The notes beneath the pieces are model-generated. The model ran no database searches. It was not told where the DNA came from and saw only the letters and a list, made by a program, of their open reading frames with translations. 64,000 nucleotides of DNA, taken from positions 152,272,001-152,336,000 of the forward strand of contig NC_067401.1 of NCBI RefSeq assembly GCF_016432865.1, read 5' to 3'. This DNA is from Antechinus flavipes. Lineage: Eukaryota. The translations under genes and the position numbers were made by a program. How positions within the stretch are numbered: the stretch's first letter is position 1; each line of letters opens with the position of its first letter. This document shows positions 63,755 through 64,000 of this stretch, piece after piece.

Positions 63755-64000
63755 TTCTTTGATTCCAGAGGTATGGAGAAGAAGAATTATGTTTGAAAAC
63801 TCAGAGAATCATAAAACTTTGGATTTGGAAGGAACCGTAGGGATCATCTAATCCAGTTTATTCTTTTCTTCCTCAAGTTCCTTCTCTATCATATGTCTTA
63901 CAAGATATCTTGAATTTTTCTACCCTCCACAAATCCCTTTCCAGAACTGTTCTCTTGCCCCTTTTCCCGTCTATATGTTAAAATTCTTTCCAGTCTTTGA

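Noticed and set aside
1-64000. CRISPR arrays, tRNA/rRNA genes, non-retroviral endogenous viral elements
   Set aside because: None seen; tRNA-like boxes belong to SINE heads, and unique stretches I translated showed no borna/filo/parvovirus motifs that I could recognise (no database search possible)

Overview
AT-rich, CpG-depleted, repeat-dense vertebrate DNA with two assembly gaps (23515-23891, 49794-50010). The repeat content is marsupial: MAR1/MIR/WSINE-type SINEs, L2, L3/CR1, marsupial L1, BovB-type RTE and an OC1-type hAT MITE. The MITE and the recurrent L1 3' ends suggest a dasyurid such as Tasmanian devil (inference). I could not identify any protein-coding gene. Most ORF-track entries are chance ORFs or TE fragments, so the window looks intronic or intergenic. 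The strongest observation is a fragmented but colinear Ty3/Gypsy pol fossil on the minus strand (about 42880-48640: RT, RNase H, integrase zinc-finger/DDE/C-terminus), broken by at least six nested insertions, with a possible LTR at 42592-42869. Also notable are a near full-length L3/CR1 fossil that keeps its ORF1 SGNH esterase (7345-15440), two horizontally transferred TE types (OC1 MITE, BovB), local non-retrotransposed duplications, three CpG-enriched regulatory-like islands and a few candidate plus-strand exons. I see no evidence of a novel multi-gene system. Family names come from remembered consensus similarity, not a database search, and TE boundaries are approximate.
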